A stretch of DNA of 32,000 nt, from assembly GCA_002791575.1 (NCBI GenBank), contig PFXI01000063.1, positions 6,569 to 38,568 of the forward strand. Reading direction: 5' to 3'. Within the stretch, counting starts at the first letter, position 1; each line of letters begins with the position of its first letter. This stretch comes from Zetaproteobacteria bacterium CG_4_9_14_3_um_filter_54_145 (lineage in GTDB: Bacteria > Pseudomonadota > Zetaproteobacteria > Mariprofundales > Mariprofundaceae). Below, piece by piece: positions 18,898 to 28,689 of this stretch. The position numbers were made by a program, and so were the translations under genes. The notes beneath the pieces are model-generated. The model ran no database searches and had not been told where the DNA came from. It saw only the letters and a program-made list of their open reading frames with translations.

Positions 18898-20519
18898 AGA
18901 TCCGCCTTCATAATATAGAGCAGGAAGCCGCCCTGCTCCAGGCTAGGCTGCAGCTCACTCAGCCATGGCAGCTCCTTGCGCGACTCGCTGCGCAACATCA
19001 ATACAAAGGGCGGCCGGGTCTGACGCAGACGCTCGGCACCGGCGGCTCCGAGCAGCAGTGCGTAGTTGCGACCGGAATAGAAAGAGACAGACGGAGCATT
19101 AAGATTGTAGCTGTAGAACGGCATGGCTTCCGGTTGCTGGCGCATCACATCTGCCATCGCCATGGTCGGTGCCTGCATCAGCTTGCCGACAAAAGTGCCT
19201 GCGCCAATCAACAGACTGAACTGCAAGAGCATACCGGTAACGATAAGCCCGGGCAGCAGCCGGGCGGCAGTTGTCTGCCGGGCCAGCCAGATCAGGCCAC
19301 CCAACAGCAGCAGGCCGAAAAAAGAGACCATGAATGTGGGCGTTATATGCTGGGCCACGATGGCCACTGCACGCGGATGATGCGGCAGCGTCTGCAACCA
19401 CGGGTAGAGCAGCGGCATACTGAGCAGCAGAAGCGCCACCGGCAGCAGCAGAAACAGGGTAAAGCGAATCATACGCGTTGCACTGATATCGTCCGGCACC
19501 GAACGCATCCAGACTGCGGCCAGCAGCAGCGCAACCCCCGGATAGATACAGGAGATATAGTGCGGCAGCTTTGTCTGGGCAAAAGTGAACAGCACAATCA
19601 CCAGCAGCGTTAGCACCAGCCCCAAACGCGCCAGCAGCGCCAGTACATCGTCACTGCTCCGGTCCCGCCATGCTTGCCGGTATGCCCATGGCAGCACTGC
19701 CAGCCACGGCAGCACCGATACGGCAAACACGACTATATAATAGTGCCAGCCGCCGCCATGCCCCTGCATCGGATTCATCGCCCGGCCGATATTCTGTACC
19801 CAGATAAATTCATATAAAAAGCCGGGGCCGTGCTCAATCAGTATCATCAGATACCAGGGGGTAGCCGTAAGCAGAAACAACGGCACAGCCGTCAACCACG
19901 GTATATCGCTCAACAGCTTGCGCAGATTACCCGCAAGCAGCCGCTCAGCAAAGATGACCATGAGCGGCACAACGGCACCGACCGGTCCCTTGACACTGAC
20001 TGCAACTCCCATCATGGCGGCAGCCCACAGCGCGTGCCGGCGCTCTTTGCCATGCAGCCATAGCGCGTAGTTCAACAGGCATGCCGCGATAAAACAGTTC
20101 AGTACCGCATCAAGAATCGCTGCATGAGCCAGGAAACCGACCTCCAGCATGCTGAGGAAAATCGCTGCAGCCATGATGCCGAATTGACGACTGTGCAAAC
20201 GCGTACCGAAATGGAATAGCAGCATGGCCGTAGCAAAGCTGAACAGGGCCGATGGCAGTCGTGCGGCAAATGCATTTTCGCCGAACATAGAGAAGCAGAT
20301 ATCCATCATATAGTATGTGAACGGCGGCTTCTCAAAAAATTGCAGGCCATTGGCCGTTGGCACAATCCATTCACCATGGCGCATCATATCGATCGCAGTT
20401 TGCGCGTAGATCGTTTCGTCATAGTCGAATAACGGGGCCAGACCGAGTGTCGCCAGCGTCAGAATGCCCCAGACCCAGAACAACCAGGAGGGAAGCGGAT
20501 TGGTCGATGAAGTTTGCAT
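18894..20519 (-). CDS. ArnT/PMT (GT39/GT83-like) polytopic glycosyltransferase
   Basis: DYDETIYAQTAIDMMRHGEWIVP...FFEKPPFTYYM matches the N-terminal loop signature, followed by more than 10 TM segments. Start placed at the Met at 20519; the ORF track starts at 20660. Confidence 0.8.
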   Translation of the reverse strand: MQTSSTNPLPSWLFWVWGILTLATLGLAPLFDYDETIYAQTAIDMMRHGEWIVPTANGLQFFEKPPFTYYMMDICFSMFGENAFAARLPSALFSFATAMLLFHFGTRLHSRQFGIMAAAIFLSMLEVGFLAHAAILDAVLNCFIAACLLNYALWLHGKERRHALWAAAMMGVAVSVKGPVGAVVPLMVIFAERLLAGNLRKLLSDIPWLTAVPLFLLTATPWYLMILIEHGPGFLYEFIWVQNIGRAMNPMQGHGGGWHYYIVVFAVSVLPWLAVLPWAYRQAWRDRSSDDVLALLARLGLVLTLLVIVLFTFAQTKLPHYISCIYPGVALLLAAVWMRSVPDDISATRMIRFTLFLLLPVALLLLSMPLLYPWLQTLPHHPRAVAIVAQHITPTFMVSFFGLLLLGGLIWLARQTTAARLLPGLIVTGMLLQFSLLIGAGTFVGKLMQAPTMAMADVMRQQPEAMPFYSYNLNAPSVSFYSGRNYALLLGAAGAERLRQTRPPFVLMLRSESRKELPWLSELQPSLEQGGFLLYIMKADL

Positions 20520-20641
20520 ACTGCGCAATCTAGCCTGCATGATGCACAAATACAGGTCATAATAGTCACGACAACGATCCCACGCGATAATAGATGGCTG
20601 AAATTGATTCTCTGAGCCCCGCACCTGTGCTACGTTTACGC

Positions 20642-21592
20642 ATGCCTGTAAAAAAATCACACCTGTTGTTTCTGCTCAAGCTGGCCCTGACCGTCGGCCT
20701 GCTGACCTTTATCTTCCGCAGCGTTGATATGAATGATGTATGGACGCGTATTATCGCCATCAATCCGGCATGGCTGTTCTCCGCCCTGGCGCTGGTTACA
20801 GCCGGCTATGCACTCTGCGGCCTGCGCTGGGCATGGATTTCACAGGGACTCGGCATTGAGGTATCACGGCGCCGGAAAATCCGTCTCTACTTTCTGGGCA
20901 TGTTCGCCAGCCTCTTCCTGCCCTCCACCATCGGCGGTGATGTCATACGCGGCATTCTGCTGGCCAAAGGCGAGGGGCGCGCCGGCATGGGCCTGATTGC
21001 TGCGGCGAGCGTCATTCTGGACCGGGTTAACGGCCTGTATGCGCTGCTGCTGTTGCTGACCATCTGCATGGCCATGGTCACCGTACCCACGCTTTGGTGG
21101 TGGGGCTGGCTGGCACTGGTCTCCGGCATGTGGATTACCATGCCTCTGCTGCCACGACTTACCCGCTGGCTGCCGGAACGGCTGGCGCAACTCAAAGCAC
21201 TACCGCTACGCGACAGCCATTTCCAGCATATGTGGTGGCAAAGTATGCCGGTCTCATTCCTGTTTCAGATGATCATTATTCAGGCGCATGTACTTCTCGG
21301 CATCGCCGTCGGTCTGGAGATGCCATGGGCGGCATACGCTGTTATGGTAGGCCTTGTAGCAGTTGTAGCCATGCTGCCGATTTCACTCAATGGCTTCGGC
21401 GTACGCGAAGCCGGCTATGTCGGTTTTGCCACCTACTTTGGCGCCGATCCTGCCGCCGCTGCTGCCATGGCGGCGTTATGGGTGATTGTGCTGGCACTCT
21501 CATCCCTGCCCGGCCTGTATGTGTTATGGCGCATGGGCGGACGCAAGCGCATTGAAGCATCAATGCACCAAGATATCTCTCCCGGCACATAG
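20642..21592 (+). CDS. UPF0104 / LPG-synthase-TM (flippase-like) membrane protein
   Basis: Polytopic protein. LFLPSTIGGDVIRG is typical of the family. Start placed at MPVKK (20642). Divergent from the GT39-like gene. Confidence 0.7.
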   Translation: MPVKKSHLLFLLKLALTVGLLTFIFRSVDMNDVWTRIIAINPAWLFSALALVTAGYALCGLRWAWISQGLGIEVSRRRKIRLYFLGMFASLFLPSTIGGDVIRGILLAKGEGRAGMGLIAAASVILDRVNGLYALLLLLTICMAMVTVPTLWWWGWLALVSGMWITMPLLPRLTRWLPERLAQLKALPLRDSHFQHMWWQSMPVSFLFQMIIIQAHVLLGIAVGLEMPWAAYAVMVGLVAVVAMLPISLNGFGVREAGYVGFATYFGADPAAAAAMAALWVIVLALSSLPGLYVLWRMGGRKRIEASMHQDISPGT

Positions 21593-21625
21593 GCGGCCAG
21601 GAGAACAGCAAAATCTGCAAACATC

Positions 21626-22573
21626 ATGATGCAATCCGCCCCGCCGCTGGTCTGTATCGGCCCTGAACTCGCCGCTTATGGTTTTGGTCAGGGGCATCCT
21701 TTCGGGCCGGATCGCCTGGATGCATTCTGGCATGAGGCTGTGCGGCAGGGCCTAAACAAACAGGTCACACTTACCGAGCCTCTCATGGCCACGCGTAAAG
21801 CCATTGAACGATTCCATACCCCTGAATATGTAGCACGTGTCATCAAGCAATCCCTGTCGGGTGACGGTTTTCTCGACGACGGTGACACCCCGGCCTTCAA
21901 AGGGGTCTATGAGGCTGCCGCCACAGTTGTCGGCTCGGTACTTGCTGCAGCAACGGCGTGCCTCTGCGGCAGCCATCAACGCGCCTTCGTGCCGATTGCC
22001 GGCCTGCACCATGCCCGTCGCAACAGTGCTGCCGGTTTCTGCGTATTCAACGATTGCGGCATCCTGATTGAGCATTTGCAGCAGGTGTACGGGCTGACGC
22101 GCATCGCCTATGTCGATATCGATGCCCATCACGGTGACGGCGTATTTTATGCTTTCGAAGCAGATCCGTGCGTGTGGATTGCCGATATACATGAGGACGG
22201 GCGTTTTCTCTATCCGGGCACTGGCAAAGCCGGTGAAACCGGCAAGGGCAGGGCTGCCGGCACAAAACTGAACCTGCCGATGCCACCTGCGGCGAATGAC
22301 CATGCATTCATGGACGCCTGGCAAAAGGCCGAAGCGCATATCCGTGCGGCCCGTCCCCAATTCATCATTTTCCAGTGCGGTGCAGACTCGCTTGCCGGTG
22401 ATCCGATCACGCATCTGCGCTTTACCGCCGCGGCCCACGCCCATGCAGCCAAAAGCCTGTGCAGCCTTGCCGATGAGCAGTGCGATGGTCGTATCATTGC
22501 TTTGGGCGGCGGCGGTTATAACCGGGCCAATCTGGCTGCTGCCTGGTGTGCTGTATTAACAGCAATGCTGTAA
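21626..22573 (+). CDS. Histone deacetylase-family (AcuC/AphA-like) amidohydrolase
   Basis: GLHHA, VDIDAHHGDGV and GGGGYN motifs. Confidence 0.85.
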   Translation: MMQSAPPLVCIGPELAAYGFGQGHPFGPDRLDAFWHEAVRQGLNKQVTLTEPLMATRKAIERFHTPEYVARVIKQSLSGDGFLDDGDTPAFKGVYEAAATVVGSVLAAATACLCGSHQRAFVPIAGLHHARRNSAAGFCVFNDCGILIEHLQQVYGLTRIAYVDIDAHHGDGVFYAFEADPCVWIADIHEDGRFLYPGTGKAGETGKGRAAGTKLNLPMPPAANDHAFMDAWQKAEAHIRAARPQFIIFQCGADSLAGDPITHLRFTAAAHAHAAKSLCSLADEQCDGRIIALGGGGYNRANLAAAWCAVLTAML

Positions 22574-22602
22574 TTGGAAACGCGGATCTGTTCAGCACGC
22601 TG

Positions 22603-24225
22603 TTAAGGCTGCCGGGCAGCCCCGTCACCACGCCGGTCAGCAATGCCGGTCAACCGGCCACTGCGTCGATCCCACAGAATGGCCTGCATATTGCCGTACT
22701 GCCTGTTCATCTGCTTGAGCAAATGCCCCCGCTTTTCCAGCCCGGCAGCTAATGGCGGGGAAAAAGCATCCGGCTCATACTGCACCAGATCGGGCAGGAA
22801 CTGGTGATGGAAGCGGCCTCTATTCACCCAGTCGGCTGGCGGAGTCTCATCCAGCATAAAGCCGACCGCGGCAAGCAACACCATGGAGATAATGCGTGAG
22901 CCACCCGGTGTGCCGACGATAAAGGTGCGGTCCGGGCCGACCACAAAGGTTGGTGTCATCGAAGAGAGCATGCGCTTACCCGGTGCCACCGCATTGGCTC
23001 TCCCCTGCACCAGCCCGTAGGCATTCGGCTGGCCCGGCCGGGTGGCGAAATCATCCATCTCATCGTTAAGCAGAATGCCGGTTGATGGTGATACATAGCC
23101 TGAGCCGAAGCCGTAATTGATTGAGAGTGTTGCCGATACCATATTGCCTTCAGCATCAATGATGGAGAAATGGGTTGTATCGACACTGGCACCGATCGGC
23201 TCGGCAAAACCGGCGAGCTCTGCTGACGGGGTAGTTTGATCCATTTGAATTGATGCACGCAGCGCCTGTAATCGCTGCGCATCCAGATAATCCTTCGGAA
23301 TAGAGACAAAATCACTGTCGCCCAGACAGGCATTGCGGTCACGGTAGGCGCGCTTCATCGTCTCAATCAGCAGATGGGTACGGTCTGCCCTGCTTAATGC
23401 GGCCAGGTCATCATCCTGCAACTGGGCGAAGATATGAGCCAGCGTCATGCCGCCGGATGAGGGTAGTGCGGCCGAAACGACATGGAAACCATGAAAATCG
23501 AAGCTCACCGGCTCGCGCTCTATGACATGGTAGGCAGCCAGATCAGCCAGCCGGATCAGGCCGCCGTCACGCTGCATATCAGCAACCAGCCGCCCTGCGG
23601 TTTCACCGCGATAGAAGTCTGCGGCACCCTTTACCGCGAAGCGCGCCAGCGTATCGGCCAGCGCCGGCTGACGAATGGTCTCACCCTGCCTGCGCATGAA
23701 GATGGCGCGCCCGCTGTCATTGAAAGCCTCTGCACGCCAGCGGATCATGGCGCCCAGATGGGGCGTGACGGCAAAACCCTCTCTGGCCAGGCGGATTGCC
23801 GGTGCCGTCACATCACTACGGGGTAACTGTCCGTAGCTGCTGACCAGTCGCTCCACCCCGGCCGGCAAGCCCGGCACCCCGGCCGACTGCGGGCCGTCTA
23901 TACTCGATGCAGTTGCATACACTTCACCGTGGCCGGCAAGTGCAGGTGCCGTCTCACGGGCATCGATCATCACATAACGATCTGTTTTGGCGATATAGAG
24001 CAGGAAGAAGCCGCCACCACCAAAGCCCGAGGAGCCGGGCTCCACTACACCGAGAGCAAGCGCTACCGCCGCTGCCGCATCAAAGGCATTACCGCCTTTG
24101 TTGAGCATGTCGATACCGGCAGCGACTGCCTGCGGGTGGGCCGCAACCACCATAGATCCAGCCGGCTTTGCAGCCGCCGCCGGCAGTGGCAGCAGCAGAA
24201 CCAGCAGCAGACAGAGATACCGCAT
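22603..24225 (-). CDS. ggt: Gamma-glutamyltranspeptidase
   Basis: Signal peptide, the autoprocessing site context LSSMTPTFV, and GGSRII. The ATG at 24225 overlaps the mutY stop (TGATG). Confidence 0.9.
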   Translation of the reverse strand: MRYLCLLLVLLLPLPAAAAKPAGSMVVAAHPQAVAAGIDMLNKGGNAFDAAAAVALALGVVEPGSSGFGGGGFFLLYIAKTDRYVMIDARETAPALAGHGEVYATASSIDGPQSAGVPGLPAGVERLVSSYGQLPRSDVTAPAIRLAREGFAVTPHLGAMIRWRAEAFNDSGRAIFMRRQGETIRQPALADTLARFAVKGAADFYRGETAGRLVADMQRDGGLIRLADLAAYHVIEREPVSFDFHGFHVVSAALPSSGGMTLAHIFAQLQDDDLAALSRADRTHLLIETMKRAYRDRNACLGDSDFVSIPKDYLDAQRLQALRASIQMDQTTPSAELAGFAEPIGASVDTTHFSIIDAEGNMVSATLSINYGFGSGYVSPSTGILLNDEMDDFATRPGQPNAYGLVQGRANAVAPGKRMLSSMTPTFVVGPDRTFIVGTPGGSRIISMVLLAAVGFMLDETPPADWVNRGRFHHQFLPDLVQYEPDAFSPPLAAGLEKRGHLLKQMNRQYGNMQAILWDRRSGRLTGIADRRGDGAARQP

Positions 24226-25181
24226 CACACTGACCTCTGCTTTTCCAGCAGGCGGTGAATGCCTGTCGGCAGGGCAAGCTGTGATATGTCATCAACCCAC
24301 TGCCCTGTGCCGGATGGTGCGCCATCCGCCAATTCGCCATACAGGTGCAGGCGTCGGTGCGTCAGCAGATGGACATGCGTGGGCGCCTTTGCCGGCGCAT
24401 CATTCAACTCAGTGATCGGCGGTGTCCACAACCCTGCCCAGATACCTGTTTGCGGACGCTGACTCAGCCAGATCCCCTTTTGCGGACAGAGATGCAACGC
24501 CACCTGCCAGTGCAGATCGATCACCGCCACCGTCGCCTGCTTTTCTACTGCCGTATCCACCTGCCAGGCCGAGATACACGCTTCGGATACCGGGCAGCTG
24601 TTGCAATCTGCGCTTTTGGCACCGCAGATCGTTGCGCCCAGCTCCATCATGGCCTGATTCCATAAGGCCGGATCAGCCGCGCCATCCAGCGCCTGCTGAG
24701 CCAATAACCACAGCTCTTTGTCAGTCGCCTCCGGCTGATCATGCCAGCGCCTGAGTACCCGCTTCACATTGCCGTCCAGCACCGGCCTTGGCTGCCTGAA
24801 GCAGAACGATGCAATAGCACCGGCTGTAGAGCGACCGATACCGGGCAGCGATAGCAATGCATCGAAGTCGCGCGGAAAGCGGCCGGAAAATTCGTTTTCG
24901 ATGCGCATGGCAGCCTGATGGATAAAACGGGCACGGCGGTAGTAGCCCAACCCCTCCCATGCCTTAAGCAGATCATCCAGCGGCGCATCGGCCAGAGAAG
25001 CAATCGAAGGGAAGCGCTCGAACCAGGCGGCGTAACGAGGTTGCACCGTTTTCACCTGTGTTTGCTGCAACATGATTTCAGAGATCCAGATATGGTAGGG
25101 ATCGGCCGTATGGCGCCAGGGCAGGTCACGGGCCTGCCGAAGATACCAACAGGCCAGCGCCTCACATCGGATGAAAGACAA
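24225..25181 (-). CDS. mutY: A/G-specific adenine DNA glycosylase MutY
   Basis: WYLRQARDLPWR, PYHIWISEIMLQQTQV, an HhH-GPD region, a 4Fe-4S cluster loop CGAKSADCNSCPVSEAC, and a C-terminal Nudix-like GLWTPP. The start is uncertain. I favour the TTG at 25181, which is preceded by GGAGGA. The ORF-track Met at 25358 would run nearly 200 nt into the TonB-like gene. Confidence 0.85.
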   Translation of the reverse strand: MSFIRCEALACWYLRQARDLPWRHTADPYHIWISEIMLQQTQVKTVQPRYAAWFERFPSIASLADAPLDDLLKAWEGLGYYRRARFIHQAAMRIENEFSGRFPRDFDALLSLPGIGRSTAGAIASFCFRQPRPVLDGNVKRVLRRWHDQPEATDKELWLLAQQALDGAADPALWNQAMMELGATICGAKSADCNSCPVSEACISAWQVDTAVEKQATVAVIDLHWQVALHLCPQKGIWLSQRPQTGIWAGLWTPPITELNDAPAKAPTHVHLLTHRRLHLYGELADGAPSGTGQWVDDISQLALPTGIHRLLEKQRSV

Positions 25182-26073
25182 GCCTGTCCTCCACCACCTC
25201 GAAGGTGAGGTAAAAACTGACACGATCCAGCCCCCACGAGCTCGGCAATACCTTGAACGGTGCTGCGGCATGAATCGCTTCGATAGCACTGTCATTGATC
25301 TGGGCAATAGGGCTCGGATGCAGAATCTCCACACCGGCCAGATCACCATTACTCTCAATCGTCAGTTTGATCAGCGAGCGCCTGGCCTCATCGGGGTATT
25401 TATCATATCTGGCCTCTCCCGGACGCCACTGCTCCTCCAGCGCCCGCACCAGCGACTGGGCATATGGCGCATATTTGACCTGTTTGGTGTTGATCGGTAT
25501 ATCCGCTTCACGGCTCAGTCTCTGCTTCATCAGCCGCTCACGCTGAAAATCGCGCGACAGTTGCGACAGCGCCATCGCCGATGGCATCAGGTTGGAGAGC
25601 GGCACCTGCTTGACTGGCTCTGCAGGCTTTTTCTGTTTCACCGGCGGCAATTTCCTGACCGGCTTGGGTTGCGTCTCCGGCTCATCTCCACGTTTGGCCA
25701 GCATGCGCGTACGCTGCTGCTCCAGCGGAGGCGGTGGTGGCGTTTTCGGCTGCTGCGGCGGAGCAGGTGCAGGCTGACGCTGCTGACCGCTGACCGGTGC
25801 TCTTGCATGACGCGTTACCCGGTCATCAGCCTGCTTGCTGCCACCGGTAGCATTGCGATTGGAGATGGTCTTCGCATCTTTCGGCGTCTGCCTGGCGCTT
25901 TTTTTGTCTTTATCCAGCAGCACCACGTCCATAATCCGGGGCGCCTCTTTTTTCTGCAGCGGCTTTTCGCTCTGGGTCATGCCGATAAACAGAGCCATCA
26001 GCACATGCACGGCAATAGATGCCGTCAGAGCGATGCCGATGCGGCGCTGTTGGGGTTTAAGGCGATATTTCAT
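25162..26073 (-). CDS. TonB-like energy transducer
   Basis: N-terminal TM anchor, a Pro-rich spacer (PAPAPPQQPKTPPPPP), and a C-terminal TonB_C-like block LIKLTIESNGDLAGVEILHPS...INDSAIEAIHAAAPF. Confidence 0.75.
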   Translation of the reverse strand: MKYRLKPQQRRIGIALTASIAVHVLMALFIGMTQSEKPLQKKEAPRIMDVVLLDKDKKSARQTPKDAKTISNRNATGGSKQADDRVTRHARAPVSGQQRQPAPAPPQQPKTPPPPPLEQQRTRMLAKRGDEPETQPKPVRKLPPVKQKKPAEPVKQVPLSNLMPSAMALSQLSRDFQRERLMKQRLSREADIPINTKQVKYAPYAQSLVRALEEQWRPGEARYDKYPDEARRSLIKLTIESNGDLAGVEILHPSPIAQINDSAIEAIHAAAPFKVLPSSWGLDRVSFYLTFEVVEDRLVFHPM

Positions 26074-26585
26074 GGTAGTCGGGCGGCAATATACATCGCC
26101 AACGCCCCATTTAGCCAGCCGCTAATGGTTGAGAGCAGTAATAGGGGCGGTAGCGCGTAAAATAGCGCCGGCTGCTGAATAAACAGTGACTCGACAGTAA
26201 CAAACTGTGCCAGCATGTGCGCAAGTGCCGCCAGCAGACTGATTCCGATCAGGCTGACGCCCGGCAACCAGCGCCAGACGGCAATCATGACAAAGGCGGC
26301 GCTGAGTGCGCCGGCCATGCTGATCACAAAGGTCGGGGTAAACAGTGTACCGATAAAAAATGCCCCGATCACAACGCGCCCGATCGCCAGCAGCACTGCG
26401 GCTTTCGGCCCCATCCAGATCAGCGCCAGCAGCGTTACCAGATTGGCCAGTCCCGGCTTGAACCAGGGGCCGAGACTGGGAAGCGATGCCTCGAACAGAT
26501 GCAGCCCGATGGCCAGCATCAGCAAAGCCAGCCAGCGCGCCTTGTGCTCCAGCTCATGCAGGGCAGGTCTCTGCCCGATCACCAT
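26070..26585 (-). CDS. Gx transporter family (heptaprenyl-diphosphate-synthase-component-I-like) membrane protein
   Basis: 171 aa with 5 TM segments. HLFEASLPSLGPWFKPGLANLVTL resembles the family signature. ATGA overlap with the downstream gene. Confidence 0.65.
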   Translation of the reverse strand: MVIGQRPALHELEHKARWLALLMLAIGLHLFEASLPSLGPWFKPGLANLVTLLALIWMGPKAAVLLAIGRVVIGAFFIGTLFTPTFVISMAGALSAAFVMIAVWRWLPGVSLIGISLLAALAHMLAQFVTVESLFIQQPALFYALPPLLLLSTISGWLNGALAMYIAARLP

Positions 26586-26588
26586 GGC

Positions 26589-26984
26589 TTACTCAACAAT
26601 GGCATCAAAACGGGCCTCGGCACTACCGCGAATGGTAACAAGAATCCGGTTAGGCACACAGGCGATCATATCCCCGGCATGTCGGTGTGCACCGCTAAGT
26701 ACACACTGCTGCGTTGCACATGGGGAAGCAGCGATACGCGCCCCGTGCTGGTCGATGATGATTTCCGAGCTACCCAGCTCACCTTCCGCCTCAAAATGAA
26801 TCGCCTGCTCGCCTGCCAGCGGCAAGGGATAGGTGGCCAGCAAAGTATCACCATGAAACACAGCCGCCACCGCAGGCCCGGATGCCATCAGCGACCGGAT
26901 CATCAGCCACGCCACAACAATCGTCGTCAGTGCTGCAAGCAATAGCAGACGGTCAGCCCGCGTACCCTGCAGGGTAGCCATCAT
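26589..26984 (-). CDS. NusG domain II (DUF1312)-containing membrane-anchored protein
   Basis: A single TM segment followed by the beta-rich block ATYPLPLAGEQAIHFEAEGELGSSEIIIDQHGARIAASPCATQQCV...IACVPNRILVTI. The start is ambiguous (26984 or 27023). Confidence 0.6.
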   Translation of the reverse strand: MMATLQGTRADRLLLLAALTTIVVAWLMIRSLMASGPAVAAVFHGDTLLATYPLPLAGEQAIHFEAEGELGSSEIIIDQHGARIAASPCATQQCVLSGAHRHAGDMIACVPNRILVTIRGSAEARFDAIVE

Positions 26985-27071
26985 ATTTTGCCGCAAAGGC
27001 GATTGCCGGGTTAGGGTTGCCATGCGGCAATGGTAACAGCAGCCGCACTCAATAGGCCAATGGAGTGTCAA

Positions 27072-27737
27072 ATGGATATCCTGATTACCGGTGCAGCCCG
27101 TGGCATAGGGCTTGGATTCGTCCGTTACTATATTGAACAGGGGCATCAGGTTTGGGCATGTTACAGAAGCGATATCGGAGGGCTTGGAGATATCAGCTCA
27201 AAGCAGCTGCATCTGTTACGCTGGGACGTTAGCTGTGATGATGCGCCTTATGGAGAACTACCCGCCACGATTGATCTGCTGATCAATAACGCCGGCATTT
27301 ACGGCCCGGGCAAGGATGGTCAATCCCTATCCAATATCACCTCCGCTGATATGCTGGCAGTCTTCAATATCGATTGCGTCGGTCCGTTGCGTGTGGTGCA
27401 GAGGCTGCAGTCGCGCCTTGCCCATGGCAGCGTCATTGCCAATATCAGCTCGAAAATGGGCTCCTCCGCCGATAACAACAGCGGCGGCACCTACGCCTAC
27501 CGCGCCGCCAAGGCCGGCCTGATCATCGTCTCCAAATCGATGGCGGTGGATCTGGCGCCTCAGGGCGTACATGTCATAACCCTGCATCCGGGCTGGGTTC
27601 GGACTGACATGGTACAGCAGACCGGCCTGATCGATGTCAGCACCTCGGTTGCCGGCATGGCCACCGTTATTGCATCCGCCCGCAGTTATGATCCCGGCCA
27701 GTTTATTGCCTTTGATGGCAAGCCGATTCCGTATTAG
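27072..27737 (+). CDS. Short-chain dehydrogenase/reductase (SDR)
   Basis: MDILITGAARGIGLG (TGxxxGxG), NNAG, and YxxxK in YAYRAAKAG. GGAG SD 6 nt upstream of the ATG. Confidence 0.85.
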   Translation: MDILITGAARGIGLGFVRYYIEQGHQVWACYRSDIGGLGDISSKQLHLLRWDVSCDDAPYGELPATIDLLINNAGIYGPGKDGQSLSNITSADMLAVFNIDCVGPLRVVQRLQSRLAHGSVIANISSKMGSSADNNSGGTYAYRAAKAGLIIVSKSMAVDLAPQGVHVITLHPGWVRTDMVQQTGLIDVSTSVAGMATVIASARSYDPGQFIAFDGKPIPY

Positions 27738-27774
27738 AGTGCCGGGAAGAAAACACCTAGGGCAGGAGCGACCT

Positions 27775-28593
27775 ATGCCGGAGTCATTTAATATGCAGGA
27801 ACTGATGGATTCATACGCGATACCCTGGGCCATCAATATTGCCATGGCACTGGCCATATTTGTCATTGGCCGCTGGATTGCCGGCATACTGCTGAACCTG
27901 CTCGACAAGATACTGAACAAGGCCGGCATGGATGTCATGCTCGTCGGTTTTGTCCACTCCATTCTTAATGCGCTGTTGCTGCTGTTCATCATTATTGCCT
28001 CACTCGACCAGCTGGGTGTTAATATCACCTCCTTCATTGCCCTGATCGGTGCGGCCGGTCTGGCTGTCGGTCTGGCCCTGCAAGGCTCATTGCAGAATTT
28101 TGCTTCCGGCGTACTGCTGATCGTATTTCATCCGTTCAGGGTCGGCCATTTTATTGAGGCTGGCGGCGCTTCCGGTGTAGTCGAAGAGATCGGCATCTTC
28201 AGCACCCGTATGAAAACAGGCGACAACCGCGAAATCATCGTGCCCAATGGAGCTATCTACGGGGGCACCATCACCAATAATTCAGCACGCGCTACCCGCC
28301 GTATCGATATGGTGTTCGGCATCGGTTATGACGACGATATCAAAAAGGCCAAAGAGATCATGCAGTCCATCCTCGAAGCTGATGAACGTATTCTGAAAGA
28401 GCCTGCACCACTGATCGCAGTGGCCGAACTGGGCGACTCCAGCGTCAACTTTGCCGTTCGTCCGTGGGTCAATTCCGGCGACTACTGGGGTGTAAAATTT
28501 GATGTCACGGAAAAAATAAAACTCGCCTTCGATACTGCCGGTATCTCCATACCCTATCCGCAGATGGATGTGCATATCAGCAAGCCGGAATAA
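27775..28593 (+). CDS. mscS: Small-conductance mechanosensitive channel (MscS family)
   Basis: Three TM segments followed by GVLLIVFHPFRVGHFIE...IIVPNGAIYGGTITN, the conserved MscS beta domain. Start placed at the ATG at 27775. Confidence 0.85.
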   Translation: MPESFNMQELMDSYAIPWAINIAMALAIFVIGRWIAGILLNLLDKILNKAGMDVMLVGFVHSILNALLLLFIIIASLDQLGVNITSFIALIGAAGLAVGLALQGSLQNFASGVLLIVFHPFRVGHFIEAGGASGVVEEIGIFSTRMKTGDNREIIVPNGAIYGGTITNNSARATRRIDMVFGIGYDDDIKKAKEIMQSILEADERILKEPAPLIAVAELGDSSVNFAVRPWVNSGDYWGVKFDVTEKIKLAFDTAGISIPYPQMDVHISKPE

Positions 28594-28618
28594 GAGTATC
28601 TTAACAGCTCCTGTTCGC

Positions 28619-28652
28619 GTGGCGCCAGTGCAGTGCATTGGCGTCACATTTT
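28619..28652 (+). terminator. Probable intrinsic terminator after mscS
   Basis: GTGGCGCCA-(10 nt)-TGGCGTCAC, containing one G:U pair, followed by ATTTTAT. Confidence 0.5.
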
Positions 28653-28689
28653 ATACAGCTGACCCGTGCCTGAACGGATATGCGTTGAT

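Noticed and set aside
21752-22444. 230-aa minus-strand ORF
   Set aside because: It is antisense to the HDAC-like gene, which carries clear catalytic motifs.
25171-26160. 329-aa plus-strand ORF
   Set aside because: It is antisense to the TonB-like gene. It stays open because the Pro-rich spacer lacks stops on the opposite strand, and it has no recognisable motifs.
27327-28037. 236-aa minus-strand ORF
   Set aside because: It spans the SDR/mscS junction on the opposite strand and both of those genes have strong signatures.
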